The translations under genes were made by a program, and so were the position numbers. From Anthoceros angustus (Eukaryota; Plantae; Anthocerotophyta), in contig VJWM01000222.1 in the NCBI GenBank assembly GCA_010909165.1, positions 1 through 64,000 on the forward strand: a stretch of 64,000 nt of DNA, written 5' to 3'. Below are positions 1 to 7,299 of the stretch, in pieces; position 1 is the stretch's first letter; the number at the start of each line of letters is the position of its first letter. Below the pieces are notes generated by a model that was given only the letters and a program-made list of their open reading frames with translations, did no database searches and was not told the DNA's origin.

Positions 1-560
1 CAGCAGGCCGGACGTCGCGCGACCAGTCTTGCCCGCCTGGGCCGGAAGGTGAAGGTCAGTGGCCGTCCAGACACCGCCGCTGCATTCCCTTCCAAATTCA
101 TCGGCAAGAGGGCAACAAGTGCGCGCCGGACGTGACACTTGTTTGCCCTCTTGCCGGTCCTTCGAGAGCGCAGCAGGGCGGGCCGACGTCCGCCAGACTT
201 GCTCTTTGCCGCCCTCGGGTCCTCAGGGAGGGGCAGCAGCGCGCGCCGACGTCCGCCACTCGCTGTTTCCGATCCTCAGTGGAGAGCAGCGGGCGCCGGA
301 CGTCCGGCGCACTTGCGGCCGCTGCACTTCCACACCCACCGCTTTAAAAAGCAGAAGGATGTCCGGGCACTTTCTCGAAAAACATCAACAGAGGAAAGGA
401 AGACAGAGGTTCAATCAAAGCAAGCTTTAATGAATCAAGCAGGGCTCGAAATCATAGCGTCTTCTTCAGCTGAGAGAGCATACACGGACGTCCGGGCGAC
501 TTTTACGCCCACTTCCTCCACACCTACCGCGGGTTAACAAGAAAGGTGCGACGTCCGGCG
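1..560. repeat. Degenerate ~60-bp tandem repeat centred on GGACGTCC/CGACGTCC
   Basis: The motif recurs at ~11, 130, 187, 250, 301, 362, 490 and 553, with spacing near 60 bp or multiples of it. It includes the perfect palindrome GCGCCGGACGTCCGGCGC at 293-310. Confidence 0.6.
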
Positions 561-2060
561 CACTTTCTCGAAAAACATCAACAGAGGAAAGGAAGGCGGA
601 GGTTCAATCAAAGCAAGCTTACCAGAATCGAGCAGCTCGAAATCACAGAACGCCTTCTTCCTTCGTGGTGCTTCGAATCTTTCTTGAGCCTCTGCATAGG
701 AGCTACAACCCAAGGACTTGCTGAGAGCCTTTTGAATCAAGTGGAGGTTCTTCTTTTTTGTGACCTCGTCATGCATGCCTCTCATATCGAGGTGGCCCTG
801 GATAACCTTCTCCGTTGCGCTCAAGAGTATCTCCTCCCCAATTTGTCCTGGTGGAAGCCCTTGAAAGCACCGAAACATCTTCACCGGTATTTCCTTCATC
901 TTACCTTGCGAGGGATCTGGCCGAGATGGCCCATCTTCATCACCTTCCTAAGCGCCGCCTTTAGGAAATTCCAGCCACAAAATTGGTAGACTGCTCAAGC
1001 TCCTCTCCCATTTGTTGAAGATGGTATCCATGACTCACACAAAATTGGTCGATTTGGCTATGCAACATCTTCACCCCAGATTTCCTTCATCGACCTTGCG
1101 AGGGATCGGCGAGATGGCCCATCTTCATCACCTTCCTAAGCGCCGCCTTTTGGAAATTCCGCTACCTGACACTGTTCAAGCTCAAGCCTCTCCCATTTGT
1201 TGAAGATGGTATCCACATTCCGCCACAAGTCTCTTCGTGAAGGCTACGATAAGGTCAATGTCTTGATCAACCTTCTTTGCTTTGCGAGCATTACGGAAGA
1301 TCATCAATTAGCCCAAGAATCGGCATGCATTCCATTTCCAGTCTAGAGAAGGCTTGTCAGGCTTCAGAATTTGCAGCTCATCCTTCACATATCTCACTTG
1401 CTCGATGAAACTCATTTTCTTGCGCCGGTCCACATTCACATTGTGATCCGTTGCCAATACTCGCACCTCAAGACCCCAGTAACCGGTACAGATTCCATTT
1501 CCAGTCTAGAGAAGGCTTGTCAGGCTTCAGAATTTGCAGCTCATCCTTCACATATCTCACTTGCTCGATGAAACTCATTTTCTACCGTCCGCATTCACAT
1601 TGTGATCCGTTGCCAATACTCGCACCTCAAGACCCCTGAACTCGCAGATGATTTCGCCTAGAGAAGGCTTGTCAGTTTCGGGAATTTGCGCTCATCCTTC
1701 ACATATCTCACTTGCTCGATGAAACTCATTTTCTTGCGCCGGTCCGCATTCACATTGTGATCCGTTGCCAATACTGCATCTCTTGAGGTGTAAGTCCCAT
1801 ACACATGCCCTCCATATACTTGGTATGGCTTCGAAATTGACGGCAAGGCTCTTCACTGGAAACAATGATTCCGCCAAGAACACCGAACTCAGATTCGCCG
1901 AACTTCTTCGTGCTCCAATCTTTCTTGCTCAAACATCTGTGGATCTACCATCACCAATATGGGAAGAACTCCCTCTTCTCAGCCCTTTCCTTCACGCTCT
2001 AAGTAGCTTGCCCATGAAACACCATAATGTTCTTCCGGTTTAATAATGAACGCCGGTTCC
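540..2060 (-). pseudogene. Frameshifted, locally duplicated ORF with ParB/Srx-like motifs, probably transposon-associated; may continue off the left edge
   Basis: Joining frames gives LPILVMVDPQ..KKDWSTKKFGESEFGVLGG(N)H (one A restored at ~1868), then WRACVYGTYTSRDAxVLATDHNVNVDRRKKMSFIEQVRYVKDEL, then FRCFQGLPP..ILLS..VIQGHLDMRGMHDEV.KKK..IQKALSKSLGCSSYAEAQERF. The motif order GGNH / VY / LA..HN / MSF.E.V resembles eukaryotic ParB-like uncharacterised proteins as I recall them. Not search-verified. Confidence 0.5.
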
Positions 2061-2406
2061 TAAACATTGCACGTTCCTCTTTCTTGTCCCTTACCCATTC
2101 GGCTCTTAAGTCGACAACTAAAGGACCGGACCGCACTATGCATGCAAGACTCAATAAAGCCTAGTTTACAGTGATATAGCTATTTCATTTAATGGACCGC
2201 AAGAATATACTTTATTGTTTTTGGGCCGCACCATCGGTATATTTGTAAGAGAAACATAAACATTTATTGAAACGCCCGCACCGCTCAAGTCATTACCCTA
2301 AACCCGAGTAGGATGGCATACCGTGGCCGTTATTCTTGATTGACGCCCACGGCCGCTGACCCCTTCCAACCCTTCAGGGAGTGGCAGCACCAAAGCACGG
2401 ATGTCC

Positions 2407-3240
2407 AATCAAGAAACCTCACAAAACTCTAAAGAGCGATTGGAGCCTTAAGCTACAACCCTAACCTCCATTTCTAGCAATCAAAAACCCTCACAAAACT
2501 CAAGAGCGATTGGAGCCTTAAGCTACAACCCAACCCAAAAATAAAAATAACATCCAAACCTCCATTTCTAGCAATCAAAAACCCTCACAAAACTCAAGAG
2601 CGATTGAGCCTTAAGCTACAACCCAACCCAAAAACCCAAAATAAAAATAACATCCATTTCTAGCAATCAAAAACCCTCACAAAACTACGAAGAGCGATTG
2701 GAGCCTTAAGCTACAACCCAACCCAAAAATAAAAATAACAAAGATAACCTCCATTTCTAGCAATCAAGAAACCCCAAAAATAACATAACATCCATTTCTA
2801 GCAATCAAAAACCCTCACAAAACTACGAAGCGATTGGAGCCTTAAGCTACAAAATAAAAAAATAACAAAGATGACCCCAAAAAGAATAACCTCCATTTCT
2901 AGCAATCAAAAACCCTCACAAAATCAAGAGCGATTGGAGCCTTAAGCTACAACCCAACCCAAAACAACAACCCAAAAATAAAAATAACAAAGATGACCCC
3001 AAAAAAAAGAATAACCTCCATTTCTAGCAATCAAAAACCCTCACAAAATTAGAAGAGCGATTGGAGCCTTAAGCTACAACCCAAAATAAAGAATATCTTG
3101 CCAACCCAAAAATAAAGAATAACCTCCATTTCTAGCAATCAAAAACCCTCAAAATTGAATAGATTGGAGCCTTAAGCTACAACCAAAAATAAAGAATAAC
3201 AAAGATAATCTCCAAAAAAAGCTAGAAACAAAACAACCAT
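2407..3240. repeat. A/C-rich 85-110-bp satellite-like subarray (also 12500-13430, 22810-24010, 38765-40500, 53990-55230, 58840-59860)
   Basis: Monomer GAGCGATTGGAGCCTTAAGCTACAACCCAACCCAAAAATAAAAATAAC(AAAGATAAC)CTCCATTTCTAGCAATCAAAAACCCTCACAAAACTCAA, roughly 8-15 copies per block. Confidence 0.9.
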
Positions 3241-3769
3241 AAAGCCCTCACAAAATTGGAATCTAGCTAAATGTTCCCAATCCATAGGAAAGCTCTCACA
3301 ATTGCGATTAAAAGCTCATGGCGACGACAAACCAAAAATAAAGAATAACAAAGATAACCTCCAAAAAAGAAGCTAGAAACAAAACAACCATAAAGCCCTC
3401 ACAAAATTGGAATCTAGCGGTAAATGTTCCCAAATCCATAGGAAAGCTCTCGACAAAATTTAAAGCTCATGGCCTGAAACCATAAAGAATAACAAAGATA
3501 ACCTCCATTTCTAGCAATCAAAAACCCAAAATAAAGAATAACAAAGATAATCTCCAAAAAAGAAGCTAGAAACAAAACAACCATAAAGCCCTCACAAAAT
3601 TGGAATCTAGCAGTGTGTTCCCAAATCCATAGGAAAGCTCTCCACAACCGTTGCAGCTTAAAGCTCATGGCGACCAATTCATAGTCGCATCCATAGCTCT
3701 CCCAACGTGCGACTTAAAGCTCATGACGAATTCATAGTCCGACAAGGGAGGTGTCAGCACCGTGGTCAC

Positions 3770-4125
3770 AAAAGTCACAGATCCCTGGATATCTTCAAAT
3801 ACAAATCTTGGTGCAAGCTGGCTTTTCAAGTCCTTCGAGGTCGCAAGTTAGTCCTTCCGGTCCAGGATGTCTGCATACTTGGTACTTTGGTGGCGCCACT
3901 CTTAAGCTTGACCTATGAATTCGTCATCCATGAGCTTTATTAAAAGCTTCAATGCGTTAAGTCGAGAGCCTTCCTTATGCAGGGTGCCTTATACTCTACC
4001 TTAGTAGATGAGACACATCGGAGGCTTTGGCTCTGCAAGAATGCGATTTCCCCGATAGGTTGTTTCAACAATAAACCAAATCCAGCCCTCTTCTTGTTGG
4101 ATGCCCCAGAGCACCATAGCTCCTA
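3770..4125 (-). pseudogene. RNase HI (archaeal/Tat-type)-like remnant; other copies at ~13750-14090, 24320-24670, 34880-35220, 40870-41215, 50930-51380, 55600-56045, 60260-60715
   Basis: ORF 24463-24666 reads GASNKKRAGFGLLLKQPIGN...SSTKVEYKALLAG. This matches the DGAS..GAG..L..P.G and NN.AEYEALLAGL motifs of Tat/Ogre-type RNase H. The first catalytic Asp is not evident. Confidence 0.6.
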
Positions 4126-4544
4126 CGTATCAATCTCTGTCCTAGGGATTCACGCCTGGATTTCATAGTGTAGCTTCATCCTTTGAGAGTACGACACATC
4201 TTTCCGAGCAAGCTTTCCCCATAAAAACCATGGAGATCCCCTACATATATATAGTGCCCAAGTCAGATCAGGGTCCCCCGAAACGCCAACCTCCCCACCA
4301 CCCTCAGTGCGCACTACCTCACTTCTTGCCTGTTGGCGATAACCATAGAGCTTCCCTCCATAAGGATAGGCCTCAACTAAAGTTGGGGCCCCCTAAAACA
4401 ACCTCGCACCCCGGTGCCCCACCACCCCAGCGTAAACTTTTACTCCACTTTCATTTGGTCGCCAACCTCGCACTCATGGGGTATCTATTTTCTTTTTGGG
4501 AGGTTATTTTTGTTATTATTTTTTTCCTTTTGGGTTCGATTGTA

Positions 4545-4820
4545 TGAAGTCTTAGACTCAAGATTCAAGTGTTTGCTTGGTTTAAAACAAAATTGATTGG
4601 AGTCTTAGACTCAAGCAAGATTCAAGTGTGCTTAGTTTAAAACCTAATTGATTGGAGTCTTAGACTCAAGCGGCATTCAAGTGTCTTAGTTTAAAACAAT
4701 TGAAAATTGATTGGAGTCTTAGACTCAAGTATTCAAGTGTCTTAGTTTAAAACCTAATTGATTGGAGTCTTAGACTCAAGCGGCATTCAAGTGTCTGCTT
4801 AGTTTAAAACAGAATTGATT
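4545..4820. repeat. 57-bp x5 array with TT(G)GAGTCT-T-AGACTCAA palindrome (also 14485-14765, 25060-25350, 35612-35885, 41628-41915, 51778-52060, 56446-56730, 61115-61395)
   Basis: Monomer TTGATTGGAGTCTTAGACTCAAGCGGCATTCAAGTGTCCGCTTAGTTTAAAACCTAA. I counted five GTCTTAGACTC-type cores in units 1 and 2, and the other units show the same layout. Confidence 0.9.
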
Positions 4821-4879
4821 GCTCACGCTAGCAAATGAAAGCTTTCTTTTTGGTTTATGGAAACCCTTCTAAAGTTATG

Positions 4880-5150
4880 CTGGGGATGGTGGGGCACCAG
4901 GGGTGCGAGGTTGGCGGTATTTAGAGGCAAAAGAAAGCTCGCTCGTGGTGGTGGGGCACCAGGGTGCGAGGTTGGCGGTATTTAGAGGCAAAAGAAAGCT
5001 CATGGTGGTGGGGCACCAGGTGCGAGGCTCAGATGTTAGAGGCAAAAGAAAGCTCATTGGGAGTGGTGGGGCACCAGGGTGCAAGGTTGGCGGTATTTAA
5101 AGGCAAAAGAAAGCTCACTTTGGGGTGGTGGGGCACCGGTGCGAGGTTGG
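4880..5150. repeat. ~60-bp x5 G-rich array (in every unit, e.g. 14825-15080, 41965-42255, 52120-52380, 56785-57060, 61450-61710)
   Basis: Monomer GGTGGTGGGGCACCAGGGTGCGAGGTTGGCGGTATTTAGAGGCAAAAGAAAGCTC. Confidence 0.9.
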
Positions 5151-5229
5151 ATTTAGATCTTTCTTTTGGGTTTATAGAAACCCTTTTAAAGTTTACTGTT
5201 GGGGTGGTGAGACCTTGAAGATCCGAGCA

Positions 5230-5700
5230 ATTTTGCTGATTGTGTGTTTCCTTCGTGGTGACAAGGCGTGATTTACAAACTCCAATGCAAATGGGTTGTA
5301 CGAGATTCGGCATTGGGGATCCACACGTGGCGCGCGGATCTTGTCATTTTGAAGGCGCATACGCCCTTACCCATAGGTAATGCAATCACATCCTACTTCG
5401 TGTGAAGTTTGTGGAGATAGTCGTAGTTAGTTTCTCCCCATTCTTGAGGGTGTAGCTACAGTGAGCACCATCAAGGTTAAACTTTTCATAATCTCCTTGA
5501 TGTATTTTTCGATGGAGTAATTGTGCCCGGATCCTGTTTCGCAAAATCAATACCAAGGCAAAATTGAAGGTCTCCTTGATTAGTCATCTCGAATTCACAC
5601 GGAGCATGTCCTTGACCCGAGCTAGACGCTTGATGCTTGCCATCACGGCCATTCGGGGCTTGATCGACGGTGGATCCGCCTAACATCCAAAACATGTAAG
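5230..5700 (-). pseudogene. pol: Ty1/copia reverse transcriptase C-terminal fragment (copies at ~15150-15680, 25750-26420, 36300-36660, 37300-37710, 42350-42800, 52470-52930, 57170-57620, 61800-62310)
   Basis: KDMLRREFEMTNQGDLQFCLGIDFAKQD.GTITLHQKKYIKEIMKKFNLDGAHSVATP..GEKL matches copia FEMKDLG.L.YFLGI...I.L.Q.KYI..IL.KF. It is followed by MTR(P)D and ANP...(H)W motifs. Confidence 0.9.
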
Positions 5701-5749
5701 TCAAACATTAGCGACTGTCTTGAGGATTGCGCACGATATGGGGCTCAAC

Positions 5750-6130
5750 CCATTCCTCACGTGATCGCCTTTCTCTTGTTGGGTATCGAGGAGGAGCAAC
5801 TCCCACTTGACAATGGGCTCAACCTCAAGCAAACATCAAGGTCGTGACGAAACATGATCTTGAGTCGGATCTCAAGATTGTAATGACTATTCGCCTTTCT
5901 CTTGTTGGGTATCGAGGAGGAGGCAACTCCCACTTGACAATGGGCTCAACCTCAACCGAAACATCAAGGTCGACGCCGAAACATGATCTCAACCTCAACC
6001 GAAACATCAAGGTCGTGACATCGAAACATGATCTCAACCTCAACCGAAACATCAAGGTCGGTGACATGTAACATGATCTCAACCTCAACCGAAACATCAA
6101 GGTCGGTGACATCGAAACATGATCTTGAGT
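5750..6130 (-). repeat. Copia IN-RT linker with ~39-45-bp coding repeat (DLDVSVEVEIMF) and PPPRYPTRERR motif
   Basis: Plus-strand monomer AAACATGATCTCAACCTCAACCGAAACATCAAGGTCG. About 4 copies here and about 10-12 at 21560-22080 and 62570-63000. Confidence 0.85.
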
Positions 6131-6419
6131 CGGATCTCAAGATTGTAATGACTATTCACCATCTCAGTCATGTGCATGCAGCAGAGAGAAACCCTCACCC
6201 TCATCAACACATGGTTCGAGATTGTGGGACCACATCATCGAACCGCAAAATCGTCTTGAGAAGGAACCTCTCGTCCGACATCGGATACTCATAAGGTACA
6301 GGTTGTTGAATGTCACTGCAGGGAGAGCTCGATGAAGATGATCTAGCGTGTGGATAATACAAATTCACATGAGTATAGACCTTGGTTGTCGATTACGTAG
6401 CACTTATAGACAAGGTAAT

Positions 6420-6720
6420 CTTCAAAGTGACCGGTCAACATTTGTAAGCCTTAGACTCTTGAATAGTCTAGAAAAATTAATGGTGACTTGTCATCTAACT
6501 TCTTGCGTTTGGCTTGGTACATAGGCAACGGTGACCAAGACTGAGGTGTAAAATCCACAAGGAGACTAGAACCTTCAGCTACAATCCATGAAGAGTAGTC
6601 TAGAAAAATTAATGGCTGTGACTTGTCATCTAACTTCTTGCGTTTGGCTTGGTACATAAGCAAAGCGGTGACCAAGACTCGGTGTAAAATCCACAAGGAG
6701 ACTAGAACCTTCAGCTACAA
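6420..6720 (-). pseudogene. pol: Ty1/copia integrase downstream SH3-like segment, duplicated within each unit (also 22380-22810, 38460-38765, 53690-53990, 58510-58836, 63310-63610)
   Basis: LRVFGSPAFAYVPEAKRKKLDDKSQPLIFLDYSEESKAYKLFDPVTLKITLS (ORFs 58408-58677 and 63339-63608) matches the copia consensus LRVFGC.AY.HVP..KR.KLD.KS...IFLGYS..SK.YRL.DP. Confidence 0.9.
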
Positions 6721-6723
6721 TCC

Positions 6724-7099
6724 CATACGGATGTTAGTCAGGGCAGCTCGCGAAGTTCCTCAGCATAGGCAAACGAGAGTGGGTAAACATATAGGGCGGG
6801 CATTCTCCGTCAAGAAAGGTGCCCGCGGCCAAGATTATCTGTTTCTTGGCACACTAGATTAGTCTAACCTATGGTTTAAGGTAATTAGTTCGAGTTAGGA
6901 TTGAAATATTACTACTATCCTAGTTTACCTATTTATCGTCTAATTACCAGTTAATTTACCCGTAATCGGATATGGATAAGGTATTTCTTGTGCACATATG
7001 TCTCAATTGCCTCGTGGGGTTTCCGCCATGCTTGCGTGGCTAGGCAGCTTCACAACCATGTGTCTTAATGTGGGCCGAGGGGCGGCTCTGTCTCTCTCA
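6724..7099 (-). repeat. 3' LTR of family-1 element
   Basis: Homologous to 12100-12490 (shared ATACGGATGTTAGTCA, GCACACTAGATTAGTCTAACCTATGGTTTAAGG and TAAGGTATTTCTTGTGCACATATG). Ends in CA at 7099, next to the PPT. The left end lacks a canonical TG. Confidence 0.85.
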
Positions 7100-7107
7100 T
7101 CCTCCCC
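7100..7107 (-). other. Polypurine tract (GGGGAGGA)
   Basis: Purine run immediately 5' of the 3' LTR on the minus strand. Confidence 0.7.
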
Positions 7108-7134
7108 ACTTGCATGGCGGGTCCTCGTCCCTCA

Positions 7135-7270
7135 TGCAATCGCCGAGGTGGGAAAGTGTTCACAAAATCTTTCCCAAGTGGCGAGGAGGTTCGCCTCTCC
7201 AAGCGACAAGAAATCTGATGCGAGCGTCGGAGTCTTGTCCCCGTGCAGATGCTCTGGTTGGTGTGGGACC
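7135..7270 (-). pseudogene. Chromodomain of family-1 integrase
   Basis: RIRFLVAWRGEPP...ATWERFCEHFP across two frames, matching YLVKW.G.P...ATWE. Confidence 0.8.
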
Positions 7271-7299
7271 GTCTCGGGTGTGGCATTGGTGCGAAGTCT

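Larger units (their letters stand above)
2407..6723 (-). repeat. Array unit 1
   Basis: A-rich array 2407-3240, B block 3220-3720, RNase H-like block 3770-4125, 57-bp array 4545-4820, 60-bp array 4880-5150, copia RT 5230-5700, linker repeats 5750-6130, SH3-like 6420-6720. Confidence 0.85.

Noticed and set aside
4545-5150. CRISPR-like array (regular palindromic repeats)
   Set aside because: The intervening sequences are themselves repeated rather than unique spacers, there are no cas genes, and the context is eukaryotic retroelement DNA.
2407-6723. Unit as an LTR-internal-LTR tandem (TRIM/LARD)
   Set aside because: I found no PBS, PPT or TG...CA-bounded LTR within the unit. This is not fully excluded given the sequence noise.
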